Numbered from the stretch's first letter, positions 1-8,857 are shown. The stretch: DNA of 64,000 bases from Candidatus Forterrea multitransposorum CG_2015-17_Forterrea_25_41 (GCA_009392915.1 CP045477.1:224001-288000); one strand, 5' to 3'. The notes: generated by a model from the letters alone, not told the origin. Program-made: numbers and translations.

Positions 1-806
1 ACTATAATAAAATAAAAGATAAAAAAGTAAAAGAAGAAATAGATAAGTTAACAATAGGGTATAGTAATAAAGTAGATTATTTTGTAGATAAATTATCTCA
101 AGGTATTGCAAGAATAGCTGCTGCTTTTTATCCTAAAAAAGTTATCTTAAGAACTTCTGATTTTAAGACAGATGAGTATGCAAATTTAATTGGTGGAAAA
201 GAATATGAACCAATTGAATCTAATCCAATGCTTGGATGGAGAGGTGCTTCAAGATATTATCAAGGAAACTATAGAGAAGGTTTTGCTTTAGAGTGTAAGG
301 CTATTAAAAGAGTTAGAGAAGATATGGGTCTTACAAATTTAGAAGTAATGATACCTTTTTGTAGAACACTTGATGAAGCTAAAAAAGTAATTGCTGAACT
401 TAAGAAAAATGGTTTAGAACAAGGTAAAAATGGTCTTAAAGTTATTGGTATGTGTGAGATTCCTTCAAATGTAATTTTAGCTGAAGAATTTTTAAATATC
501 TTTGATGGTTTTTCAATAGGTTCAAATGACTTAACACAATTAACTTTAGGTCTTGATAGAAATTCAGAAATTGTTGCAAGTATTTATGATGAAAGAAATC
601 CTGCAGTAAAGGAACTTATTACAAATGTTGTAAAGATTGCAAAAAAGAAAAAGAAATACATAGGTATCTGTGGACAAGCACCTTCTGATTATCCTGACTT
701 TGCTGAGTTTTTAGTATCTATTGGTATTGATTCTATGAGTTTAAATCCAGATACTTTAATTAAGACAAAAATATTAGTTGCAAACAAAGAAAAATCTAAA
801 AAATAG
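1..806 (+). CDS. ppsA: Phosphoenolpyruvate synthase / PEP-utilising enzyme, C-terminal TIM-barrel domain (5' end lies outside the window)
   Basis: Frame 3 is open from nt 3 with no upstream Met. The translation ...[40 protein letters not shown]...[17 protein letters not shown]...[30 protein letters not shown] carries the hallmark motifs of the PEP-utilising enzyme C-terminal domain (PpsA/PPDK family). The ORF track shows only the Met-started part (228..806). Confidence 0.75.
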   Translation, partial: YNKIKDKKVKEEIDKLTIGYSNKVDYFVDKLSQGIARIAAAFYPKKVILRTSDFKTDEYANLIGGKEYEPIESNPMLGWRGASRYYQGNYREGFALECKAIKRVREDMGLTNLEVMIPFCRTLDEAKKVIAELKKNGLEQGKNGLKVIGMCEIPSNVILAEEFLNIFDGFSIGSNDLTQLTLGLDRNSEIVASIYDERNPAVKELITNVVKIAKKKKKYIGICGQAPSDYPDFAEFLVSIGIDSMSLNPDTLIKTKILVANKEKSKK

Positions 807-807
807 A

Positions 808-833
808 TTTTTTTCTTTTTTTCTTTTTTTTTT
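808..833 (+). terminator. Oligo-T tract after ppsA (archaeal-type intrinsic terminator candidate)
   Basis: tttttttctttttttcttttttttttt lies immediately after the stop codon. Archaeal RNA polymerase terminates at oligo-dT. Confidence 0.4.
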
Positions 834-1121
834 ATAATATAAAATTATTTTTTAAAAATAAAAATAACTACTTAATTTTCAATAATTTATCTTTACATAA
901 TTATTTTTTGATTTGTAAACCATTATTAGAATATGGTTTGAAATACAAAAACATTCTTTTTAAATTATATTTGATTTACTCTATAATTCCTAAAAAAGAC
1001 TTTTTTTAGAAAACCAAATTAGATTGTAAAAGTAACTGTCAAACAGTCATTTTTTTTCTTTACAATTTAATAAAAACAAGTACTTTCAAACTAGTAAGAT
1101 TCATACAGTGGAGGAATAACT

Positions 1122-1367
1122 ATGCCTAGTAAAAGACAGAAAGGAATGGTTTTAATATCCGTAATTGCAACAGCTTTGTTTGTTTTATCAAATATTTTCT
1201 TTATTACTTTAAGTAGTAATGATTTAAAACAAACAGATATAAGCTATCAAGATAGAATTTCACAATATAAGATGCCTTTTTCAACAGCTCCTTATTGTGG
1301 AGATTTAACTTGTAATTATTCTTACGGAGAAAATCCATTAAATTGTCCTCAAGATTGTTATATGTAG
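1122..1367 (+). CDS. Small Cys-rich membrane/secreted protein, candidate archaeal type IV pilin-like protein (class III signal peptide)
   Basis: The N-terminus MPSKRQKG-MVLISVIATALFVLSNIFFI has a basic n-region, then K-G, then a hydrophobic stretch of about 22 aa. This is the pattern recognised by archaeal prepilin peptidases. The C-terminal part has 5 Cys (CGDLTCNYSYGENPLNCPQDC). Confidence 0.35.
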   Translation: MPSKRQKGMVLISVIATALFVLSNIFFITLSSNDLKQTDISYQDRISQYKMPFSTAPYCGDLTCNYSYGENPLNCPQDCYM

Positions 1368-1372
1368 GATGA

Positions 1373-1395
1373 TTTTTCTTTTTCTTTTTTTTTTA
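1373..1395 (+). terminator. Oligo-T tract
   Basis: tttttctttttctttttttttt directly follows the stop of the 81-aa ORF. Confidence 0.35.
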
Positions 1396-1474
1396 TTAAA
1401 AACATTTGTTTTTATTCTTTTTTATTCATAATATAATATACTATTTATTTTAATATTAAATAGATTTCACAAAA

Positions 1475-1483
1475 AAGGGGGAA
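1475..1483 (+). promoter_or_regulatory. Strong Shine-Dalgarno-like RBS (AAGGGGGAA) 8 nt upstream of the lemA start
   Basis: acaaaaaagggggaattaattATG. An almost identical motif precedes the HU gene at 52493..52501. Confidence 0.5.
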
Positions 1484-1489
1484 TTAATT

Positions 1490-2041
1490 ATGGCAGTTTG
1501 GTTAATTATTTTGATCATAGTTGGTGTACTTCTTTTAATTGTGTTTGGTATCTATAATAGTTTAATAAGATTAAGAAACAGAGTTAAAAATTCTTGGAGT
1601 CAAATCGATGTTCAATTAAAGAAAAGATTTGATTTAGTTCCAAACTTAATTGAAACTGTTAAAGGATATATGACACATGAAAAAGAGACTTTAACTAAGA
1701 TTACTCAACTAAGATCTCAAGCAATGAGTGCAACTGATATGAGTATGAAAGCAAAAGCTAATAATCAACTTTCAAAAGCTTTATCAGGTTTAAATATTGC
1801 TGTTGAAAGTTATCCTGATTTAAAAGCAAGTCAGAATTTTTTAATGCTTCAAGAAGAACTTTCAGGTATTGAAAATAAAATTGCATATGCAAGACAATTC
1901 TATAATGATTCAGTAATGATTTATAACAATAAAATAGAAATGTTTCCATCAAACATCTTTGCAAGCATGTTTAATTTTAAGAAAGAACAATTTTTCGAAG
2001 CACCAGAAGAAGAAAGAAAGAATGTTAAGGTTTCTTTCTAA
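1490..2041 (+). CDS. lemA: LemA family membrane protein
   Basis: An N-terminal TM helix is followed by NSLIRLRNRVKNSWSQIDVQLKKRFDLVPNLIETVKGYMTHEKETLTKITQLRSQA... and ...AYARQFYNDSVMIYNNKIEMFPSNIFASMFNF, which is a typical LemA (PF04011) sequence. Confidence 0.8.
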   Translation: MAVWLIILIIVGVLLLIVFGIYNSLIRLRNRVKNSWSQIDVQLKKRFDLVPNLIETVKGYMTHEKETLTKITQLRSQAMSATDMSMKAKANNQLSKALSGLNIAVESYPDLKASQNFLMLQEELSGIENKIAYARQFYNDSVMIYNNKIEMFPSNIFASMFNFKKEQFFEAPEEERKNVKVSF

Positions 2042-2062
2042 TTCTTTTTTTTCTTTTTTTTT
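2042..2062 (+). terminator. Oligo-T tract after lemA
   Basis: ttctttttttttcttttttttt. Confidence 0.4.
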
Positions 2063-2108
2063 ACAAACATATAAATACTTTATTGTGTATATTTATTTAT
2101 AAGATAAA

Positions 2109-2301
2109 GGGGACATGGGGTAGCCAGGTTAACCTTACAGGCTCCAGATATTTTTTAAATTAGAAAGTAATCTGGAACGCAGGATGTTTTTTTTTAAAAA
2201 AAACAGATGATTGATATTATACAGGTTTGTTTAATTTTATATTTATATAAAATTGAAATAGGAGAAACCTGTAGACCCGGGTTCGAATCCCGGTGTCCCC
2301 A
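2109..2301 (+). tRNA. tRNA-Trp(CCA) interrupted by an intron of about 119 nt at the canonical 37/38 position
   Basis: The 5' half GGGGACA-TG-GGGTAGCCAGGTTAACCT-T-ACAGG-CTCCAGA gives an anticodon CCA at 2144..2146. The 3' half (2267..2301) A-CCTGT-AGAC-CCGGG-TTCGAAT-CCCGG-TGTCCCC-A follows. The acceptor (GGGGACA/TGTCCCC), anticodon stem (ACAGG/CCTGT) and T stem (CCGGG/CCCGG) all pair. CCA is not encoded. Archaeal tRNA-Trp genes classically carry an intron. Confidence 0.7.
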
Positions 2302-2340
2302 TATCTTTCTTTTTTTATAAATTTTAAATTTTGATTATAA

Positions 2341-3324
2341 ATGATTTTTAGCTATTCTTCTTTTTTTAGTATTAAGCATGAAGATTTAAAAATAAATTTT
2401 GATCAAAATAAAGCTTGTTCTTTAGATGAATATCTTTTTTTAACACATGCACATACAGATCATGTTTGTAATACTTCTCAAAAGACTTTTGCAACTAAAG
2501 AAACTATTTCTCTTTTAGAGAATAGATATGATAATAATAAATTTAATTTTATAGAACTTGAATATAATAAACCATATTTTCTTAAAGCCGATTTTAAAGT
2601 TACTGCTTTAAATGCTGGACATATTTTAGGCAGTTCAATGTTTTTATTTGAAACTAATGATACATCTTTACTTTACACTGGAGATTTTAACACTAAAGAT
2701 TCTATTCTTTTAAAAGGTGCAAAACCAGTTATTGCAGATTATTTAGTTATTGATTCAACTTTTGGAAGAGAAGAGTTTTATTTTAAAGAAAGAAGTTTAG
2801 TTTATGATGATTTATTAAAAAAAATAAAACAAGATCTTTTTGAAAATAAATTTATAATTCTTGCAGGATATTCTTTAGGTAAAAATCAAGAAATAATTGC
2901 TTTTTTAAATAAATATCTAAATATAACTCCTTTAGTTGATAAAGAAACATATAGGTATTCTAAAATATATAACACCCATAATAATAATTTAAATTTTATT
3001 CTTTTAGATCATAATATTTATTCTTCAAATGTTTTAGTTATGCCTTTATCTTTAATGAATAGAAATTTAATTAAAAGTTTAGAACATCAAATCTATAAAA
3101 AAATATCTCCTTATGTTCTAACAGGTTGGAAATATTCAAGAGGAGCAAATCTTGTAAATGTTTCTGATCATTGTGATTTTAATTCTTTATTAGATTTTAT
3201 AAATGTTGTAAATCCTAAAAAAGTATTTACAATTCATGGTTTTACTAAAGATTTTGCAGATAGTATTAATTATAAGTTAGGAATTGAGGCTCAATGTGTT
3301 TCTTCCTTAAATAAAAAACTTTAA
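2341..3324 (+). CDS. Metallo-beta-lactamase fold hydrolase, beta-CASP-like (putative nuclease)
   Basis: It has the HxHxDH motif (LTHAHTDH) near the N-terminus, then GHILGSSMF, TGDF and a C-terminal ...DHCDFNSLLDFINVVNPKKVFTIHG that resembles beta-CASP motifs B/C. At 327 aa it is shorter than aCPSF/RNase J. Confidence 0.55.
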   Translation: MIFSYSSFFSIKHEDLKINFDQNKACSLDEYLFLTHAHTDHVCNTSQKTFATKETISLLENRYDNNKFNFIELEYNKPYFLKADFKVTALNAGHILGSSMFLFETNDTSLLYTGDFNTKDSILLKGAKPVIADYLVIDSTFGREEFYFKERSLVYDDLLKKIKQDLFENKFIILAGYSLGKNQEIIAFLNKYLNITPLVDKETYRYSKIYNTHNNNLNFILLDHNIYSSNVLVMPLSLMNRNLIKSLEHQIYKKISPYVLTGWKYSRGANLVNVSDHCDFNSLLDFINVVNPKKVFTIHGFTKDFADSINYKLGIEAQCVSSLNKKL

Positions 3325-3370
3325 ATAAATCTTTTTATATTTCTTTAGATATATATTTATATTAGGTGAA

Positions 3371-4285
3371 ATGATTATGGATTCTTATAAAACAGATTTT
3401 TATAGAGAAGTTAGAGTTAATAATTTGAAGACATATATGTTATTTTTCTTTTTTTTTATATTTATAGGGCTTATAGGTGTTGCTTTATATTTTATATTTT
3501 CTGACTTAGGTGTTGGTATTTTATTTTTTGCAGGGCTATTTGCTATAATATATGCTTTAGTTGGATATTTTGCAGGAGATAAAATTGTACTTTCAACCTC
3601 AAGAGCAAAACCAATAGATCCAAATAATAATCCAAAACATAAGCAATTAGATAATTTAGTTGAAGGTCTTTCTATGGCTGCAGGAATTCCAAAACCAAAA
3701 GTATATATTATTCAAGATAAATCTCCAAATGCTTTTGCAACTGGAAGAAATCCTGAAAATTCATCAGTTGCAGTAACCTCTGGGCTTTTAGAAGTTTTAA
3801 ATAGAGAAGAGCTTGAGGGTGTAATTGCTCATGAACTTTCTCATATTAAAAACAGAGATATAAAAGTTATGACAATGGCAACTGTTCTTTTTGGTCTTGT
3901 TATGATGGTTTCAGATATTGCTTTAAGAGGAATTATTTTTGGAGGTGCTTCTGGAGGAGGAAATGATAATAAAAGTCCTGTTCTTTTAATTATTGCTATA
4001 ATTTTTGTAATTCTTTCTCCTATTATTGCTGCAATGATACAAATGTCAATTTCAAGAAAAAGAGAATATTTAGCAGATGCATCAGGTGCACAAATTACAA
4101 GATATCCTAAAGGACTTTCAAATGCTTTAAGAAAAATTTCTGGAGTTAATATTCCTGTTTCAGGTGCTTCAAGAGGGAGTGCTCATCTTTATATTGCAAA
4201 TCCTTTTAGAGGTAAAAGTTTTTCTGGAATGTTTGCAACACATCCTCCTATTGAAGAAAGAATAAAAAGACTTGATGCAATGTAA
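3371..4285 (+). CDS. htpX: HtpX-like M48 zinc metalloprotease (membrane)
   Basis: It has N-terminal TM helices, the HExxH motif (IAHELSHIKNRD), further TM helices, and the C-terminal ...FATHPPIEERIKRL that is typical of HtpX. Confidence 0.85.
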   Translation: MIMDSYKTDFYREVRVNNLKTYMLFFFFFIFIGLIGVALYFIFSDLGVGILFFAGLFAIIYALVGYFAGDKIVLSTSRAKPIDPNNNPKHKQLDNLVEGLSMAAGIPKPKVYIIQDKSPNAFATGRNPENSSVAVTSGLLEVLNREELEGVIAHELSHIKNRDIKVMTMATVLFGLVMMVSDIALRGIIFGGASGGGNDNKSPVLLIIAIIFVILSPIIAAMIQMSISRKREYLADASGAQITRYPKGLSNALRKISGVNIPVSGASRGSAHLYIANPFRGKSFSGMFATHPPIEERIKRLDAM

Positions 4286-4384
4286 TTTTTTTAAAGGAAA
4301 TATATTTTCTTAAATTATGTGTGGGCATATACTCCACATTACTTTTTAAATTATTCTTAACTAAATATATTTGGTGATTATTAA

Positions 4385-4606
4385 ATGGCTAATATGACTT
4401 TAAGTATACCTGATGATCTTTTAAAAGAATTAAAAAAACACTCTTATATTAAATGGAGTGAAGTTGCAAGAATTGCTTTTGAAGAAAAGGTAAGTGCTTT
4501 AGAAAGAATAGATGTTTTTAAAGAATTTCAAGAAGCTGAAAGAGATTTTAAAGATGGAAAAAGTATTTCTTTAGAACAATTAAAAAAGGAACTTGGTAAA
4601 AAATGA
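4385..4606 (+). CDS. Small RHH/CopG-like protein (possible antitoxin-like DNA-binding protein)
   Basis: MANMTLSIPDDLLKELKK... resembles ribbon-helix-helix N-termini. The stop overlaps the start of the next gene (ATGA), which suggests translational coupling. Confidence 0.35.
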   Translation: MANMTLSIPDDLLKELKKHSYIKWSEVARIAFEEKVSALERIDVFKEFQEAERDFKDGKSISLEQLKKELGKK

Positions 4607-5673
4607 TTGAAGAAGAAATTGTAAATTTAATTTCAAAGATTTATGAAAAAAACCAAAGTGTTGTATCTATTTTTAAAGAAAATAATTTTTCTTTACAAAA
4701 GTCATTTTATAATCCTGAAGAAAATATAATTAATCCTATTGTTATTGAAAAAAATCAAAATTTATCATTTTTAGGAGTTGATTCTGGTTTTGTAAATAAA
4801 CAATTTAATTTTGCAAATTTAATTATTATTAAAGAAGCAGGAGCTTTATTTAATTATAAAGATTCAAAACTTTCTTCTGTTAAATATTTTCCAAAAATAT
4901 ATAATATTGCAAAACCATATCTTACAACTTCTTCTTTAGAAATTGAAGAAATTATTTGGAATACTTCTATTCTAAGGCTTAAAAAAGAACTTTCTCTTTC
5001 AAAAAAAATTATGGAATCTGAAAAAGTAAATTTTTCTTTAATAGATGGTTCTATTATTCCTCAATATTTATCTAAACCTTCAAAAGATTCAAAATATTAT
5101 AAAGATTATTCTTTTCTTTTATCCTTATTTTTTTCACTTTATGAAATTTCTAAAAATAAAAAAATATTTTTAGTAGGGTGTGTTGAAGATTCTAGAGCTG
5201 ATAGATTTTTTAATATTTTAAAAAATAATTATTTTAAAGATAAAATAAATTTTGATCTTTCAGATTCTTTTTTAGTATTTTCTCTTCTTTCAAAAAATCA
5301 AAGAACTTGTGTTTTTAGATATACTGATGATTTAAGAGAGCATCCTATCTTAAAAGATTTTCCAAAAGAAATTGTTGATAATTTATATGTTTGTTATTTA
5401 AAGCTTTCAGAAGAGGATTATCCTTTAAGAATAGAATTTATTTATTTTAAAGAATTTGGAATGTCTTTAAAAGAATATACAGATTATATAATTTCAAATA
5501 TTGCGTCTATCTCTTCTTTTAATAAAAGATATATATATCCTGCACCATTAATTGAAGCTGATTTACAGAGTAGACTAAAAATACAAGAAATTGATTTATT
5601 GGTTAGAAATTTTCTTGAAAAAACTAAAAAGTTTGGTCTTAAAGTGCCAAGAAGAGAAGCAAGGTCTTTTTGA
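4603..5673 (+). CDS. NurA-like 5'-3' nuclease domain protein (tentative)
   Basis: The motifs FLGVDSGF (about aa 55), FSLIDGSIIP (about aa 145), LVGCVEDSRADRF (GxxKDS-like) and the C-terminal YIYPAPLIEADL (a YPxPL-like motif) are arranged as in the NurA family (PF09376). I could not verify this against an HMM. Confidence 0.4.
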   Translation: MIEEEIVNLISKIYEKNQSVVSIFKENNFSLQKSFYNPEENIINPIVIEKNQNLSFLGVDSGFVNKQFNFANLIIIKEAGALFNYKDSKLSSVKYFPKIYNIAKPYLTTSSLEIEEIIWNTSILRLKKELSLSKKIMESEKVNFSLIDGSIIPQYLSKPSKDSKYYKDYSFLLSLFFSLYEISKNKKIFLVGCVEDSRADRFFNILKNNYFKDKINFDLSDSFLVFSLLSKNQRTCVFRYTDDLREHPILKDFPKEIVDNLYVCYLKLSEEDYPLRIEFIYFKEFGMSLKEYTDYIISNIASISSFNKRYIYPAPLIEADLQSRLKIQEIDLLVRNFLEKTKKFGLKVPRREARSF

Positions 5674-5754
5674 TTAATATATTTTAAATTTTCTAAACAT
5701 TTATAAACTTAATGTGTTACTATTTTATTATATTTTAATAATTATTAAAAATAG

Positions 5755-6174
5755 GTGATTAAATTGAAATTAAAAAAATTAAGTTTTATATTTATTTTAT
5801 TTGCTTTTTTAGTTTTTTCTGCAATTAATGTTTCTGCAGATATAACTACTAGAAGTCTTCCAACAATATATAAAGTTACAGGAGATATTGATATTCCTTC
5901 TCCAGGAACTAATTATTATTTTTTAGTAACATCTGTTAAAAACGGAACTACTTTATATCCTGTTTCAAAAACTCAATGTGCACAATATACTGTTTTGAAA
6001 GATCAATTAACTCAAGGTATGTTTATTGGTCCAATATCTTCAGAAGTTACAGGTTATAATAATAAAAGTTTTACTTTAAGATTAATGATACAAAAGTATA
6101 GTAGTCAAAGTTTATGTCAAACTGGAAATAATTCTATTAGTATGACAGGCAATTTAGGAGAACTTTATAGTTAG
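5755..6174 (+). CDS. Small secreted protein (Sec signal peptide)
   Basis: MIKLKLKKLSFIFILFAFLVFSAINVSA|DIT has a positive n-region, an h-region and an AxA-like cleavage site. The mature part is rich in N-glyc sequons. Confidence 0.45.
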   Translation: MIKLKLKKLSFIFILFAFLVFSAINVSADITTRSLPTIYKVTGDIDIPSPGTNYYFLVTSVKNGTTLYPVSKTQCAQYTVLKDQLTQGMFIGPISSEVTGYNNKSFTLRLMIQKYSSQSLCQTGNNSISMTGNLGELYS

Positions 6175-6191
6175 AGGGGGTTAGTTTATTT

Positions 6192-7550
6192 ATGAAGTCA
6201 AAATTTATATTTTTAATATTTTCTTTAGTTTTATTATCTGGATTTATTTTTTCTGCAACTCCTGCAGATCCACCAGTAAGCAATACAGTTTTTAGTGTTG
6301 ATATCGTGCTTCCAAATCCATATTATGGATTAATTGTTGCAGATGCATCTAATCTTGCAAATCCAGATTCTGTTTCAACTCAATCAATACTTAATAATGC
6401 TGTTGTATTAAGTAAGATTGGGGCTAGTAATCCTGGTGCAAACAAATTTTTAAAAATTAATTCTACTGGAAATTCTCTTGAATGGGCAACTGTTGAAGGT
6501 GGTTCTAGTTCAGGAGATGGTGTAGTTTATACTGCAACAAACCCTATAAGTATTTCAAATAATGTTATAAGTTTAAATGATTCTGGAATAACTACTTTAA
6601 AATTAGCAAATAGTGCTGTTACTTCTGATAAATTATCAGAAAATTCAGTTACAACTACTAAATTAAATAATTCTGCAGTAACTAATACTAAAATTGCAGA
6701 TGGTGCAGTTAATAAAGATAAAATTGCAGTTAAATCTGTAGATCATGCAAGACTTGAAGTTTATCCTTTAGATAAATGTCCTGCTAATAATGCAACTATA
6801 ATTTATAGAAATAATAGATTAGAATGGTCAAATTCTATTGAATGTGGATCTGACATGTTTATTACAGGGGATATTTCTTCTACAAGAACACAAACTTATT
6901 ATCCAGCTCCATTTAATCAATGTGTAAAAGATGTAACTCACACTGTATCAGGAACTTCTTGTACAGGTGCATCTTGTCTTGAAGAATGGAGTCTTTTTAG
7001 AAGTGGAGGAAGTAATGCTGTTAATAATACTGTAAACAATATTAATGGTACAAGATCTGTTACTTTTAATGCTTCTGAAAATAATTTATATGCTTCAAGT
7101 TATGATATAAGATATAATTTATCTCAACCATCAACAGGGAAATCTGCAACTAGAATTAGAAATAGTAGTTATAATGGTTTTAATGCAATTTCTAATGAAG
7201 AAAATACTTGTGCTCCAGTAGTTCCAAGTTCTTTAAATGTTTTAAGATTTCCATCTGATGGATGTATTGATTATTTTGAAGTTAAAGCATTAGTTAGTTG
7301 TGTTGGTTCTTGTAATTATGTAATGTATGTAGATAATCTTCCTCATTCAGAAGGTTCATTTACTGGTACTCAAACAATTACTGAGAATGTATATGTTTCA
7401 GACATAATACATAATAATCCTAAAGTGAAATTTAAGATTACAAATACAGGCCCTGCTGGACTTGTAGGTCTTGAAAGAATTACACCTGAGGGTACACTTC
7501 AAATTACACTTCCACAAATGGTTGATGGACTTCTTTGTTCACAAAATTAA
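6192..7550 (+). CDS. Secreted repeat protein with tandem 11-residue NSAVTxxKL repeats and a Cys-rich C-terminal domain
   Basis: The signal peptide is MKSKFIFLIFSLVLLSGFIFSA. The repeats are ITTLKLANSAVTSDKLSENSVTTTKLNNSAVTNTKIADGAVNKDKIAVKSV. There are more than 12 Cys in the C-terminal half. Confidence 0.5.
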   Translation: MKSKFIFLIFSLVLLSGFIFSATPADPPVSNTVFSVDIVLPNPYYGLIVADASNLANPDSVSTQSILNNAVVLSKIGASNPGANKFLKINSTGNSLEWATVEGGSSSGDGVVYTATNPISISNNVISLNDSGITTLKLANSAVTSDKLSENSVTTTKLNNSAVTNTKIADGAVNKDKIAVKSVDHARLEVYPLDKCPANNATIIYRNNRLEWSNSIECGSDMFITGDISSTRTQTYYPAPFNQCVKDVTHTVSGTSCTGASCLEEWSLFRSGGSNAVNNTVNNINGTRSVTFNASENNLYASSYDIRYNLSQPSTGKSATRIRNSSYNGFNAISNEENTCAPVVPSSLNVLRFPSDGCIDYFEVKALVSCVGSCNYVMYVDNLPHSEGSFTGTQTITENVYVSDIIHNNPKVKFKITNTGPAGLVGLERITPEGTLQITLPQMVDGLLCSQN

Positions 7551-7565
7551 GATTAATTTCTTAAT

Positions 7566-7603
7566 TTCTTTTTCTTTTTTTTATTTTTTTTTCTTAATTA
7601 AAT
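7566..7603 (+). terminator. Oligo-T tract
   Basis: tctttttcttttttttatttttttttctt lies after the 452-aa ORF. Confidence 0.4.
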
Positions 7604-7852
7604 ACCTTTTTAAATAGTTAGGTGTATATTATATCTAAATAATATATTTATTTTTAAGGTTATTAAGATATAAAAAGATCTAATCTCTTTAATAACAAAT
7701 TTTTATATCTTTTTTAAAAAAATATATTACTTTCATGTAGTTGTTTAAAAACTACATAACTTGGTTTGATTTTCAAACCAAAAAAACTATTTCTTATGGG
7801 AAATTTAAACCGAAGCTCTTTTAATACTTTCATGACATTATCATGATATATT

Positions 7853-8317
7853 ATGACACAAAATGACAATATCACAAAACAGATATTTTTAGAAAAGTTA
7901 TTAAAACAAGATACCAAAGAGCTGGGTTTGAATGATCTTATTCAGATCCAAGAGAAGTTTAACGATCCGTTGATACTTTCTGTAATATTACATCAACTTT
8001 TAGAAGAAAGAAAAAGAACAAACGAGATATTAAAAGATCTTTATGAAAAGTATGACTCTTTACAATTTTCTATTAAGAATAGTAAAGAATCTAGTAATTT
8101 AAATCAAGATCAAGATACAATTAATATCTTACCAGAAATAGATGATAAGATAATTTCTTTTATAAGAGCAAATCAAAAAGTTGATGCAGAACAAGTACAG
8201 GAAGCATTTAATTATAAAGGATCAAATGCAGCTTCTCAAAGACTTAATAGACTAGTAAAAGAAGGATACTTACGAAAAGTTCAAGCAGGAAGAAAGGTAT
8301 ACTTTATTGTAAAATGA
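7853..8317 (+). CDS. Winged-helix DNA-binding protein (putative transcriptional regulator)
   Basis: The C-terminus ...SNAASQRLNRLVKEGYLRKVQAGRKVYFIVK is a typical archaeal wHTH recognition helix plus wing. Confidence 0.45.
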   Translation: MTQNDNITKQIFLEKLLKQDTKELGLNDLIQIQEKFNDPLILSVILHQLLEERKRTNEILKDLYEKYDSLQFSIKNSKESSNLNQDQDTINILPEIDDKIISFIRANQKVDAEQVQEAFNYKGSNAASQRLNRLVKEGYLRKVQAGRKVYFIVK

Positions 8318-8481
8318 TTTTTCCCCTTAAAAATCATTTCCTTTAAAAAACCCCTTTAATATAGAAAAACTGTAAAAAACCCCTTTTTTACATTTTTTCA
8401 AAATTTATACCTTTTTTCCTTCTTTTAAAAATAAGTTTTTGTCTTTTATTTTAGTCATTTAATTTCCCTCTAAAAAACTTT

Positions 8482-8700
8482 AAAAAAGATTGTAAGGAAA
8501 ACTTTTTTGTTTCTTTCCTTCTTCTTTTCTGCCCTTTAATTATAAAAATACTTATTAAAAAAAAGATTGTAAGGAAAACTTTTTTGTTTCTTTCCTTCTT
8601 CTTTTCTGCCCTTTATTAAAAAATACTTATTAAAAAAAAGATTGTAAGGAAAACTTTTTTGTTTCTTTCCTTCTTCTTTTCTGCCCTTTATTTTTAACTT
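8482..8700. repeat. Three near-perfect tandem direct repeats of about 76 bp in an intergenic region
   Basis: The unit (a)aaaaagattgtaaggaaaacttttttgtttctttccttcttcttttctgcccttta plus about 20 nt recurs with gattgt at 8488, 8565 and 8640 (periods 77 and 75). Shorter aaaaaacccctttt motifs lie just upstream (8341..8400). Confidence 0.85.
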
Positions 8701-8857
8701 AAAAAACTAAAAAAACTATTTTTTTTAATTTTACAACTCTTTTTAAATATTTTGTATATATAGATTTAATACTAATGAAATTGCTTTTTAACCTATTAAG
8801 CAATCAATTTAGCTACATTATAATTTTATATTAAAAAGAAGGAGTTGACTTAAAAAT

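Noticed and set aside
1758-1964. 68-aa minus-strand ORF inside lemA; also 8929..9228, 52462..52746 and 63694..63918 antisense to the membrane protein, HU and ligase genes
   Set aside because: They are antisense to confidently assigned genes and have no supporting features.
4290-4384. Possible small RNA or imperfect inverted repeat (tgtgtgggcatatactccacatta) between htpX and the RHH gene
   Set aside because: It has only a partial palindrome (tgtgg/ccaca, 5 bp) and no tRNA-like or terminator structure. It is most simply a spacer with an oligo-T terminator.
7714-7917. 67-aa minus-strand ORF overlapping the start of the wHTH gene
   Set aside because: It is hydrophobic/F-rich AT-rich antisense sequence that overlaps the upstream promoter region and the 5' end of the 7853 gene. 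The + strand gene has a clear wHTH signature and is preferred.
8482-8700. Possible CRISPR array (regular direct repeats with short intervening sequences)
   Set aside because: The repeats are about 55 nt and the intervening about 20 nt are nearly identical between units. There are only 3 units and no cas genes. It is a plain tandem duplication, not repeat-spacer architecture.
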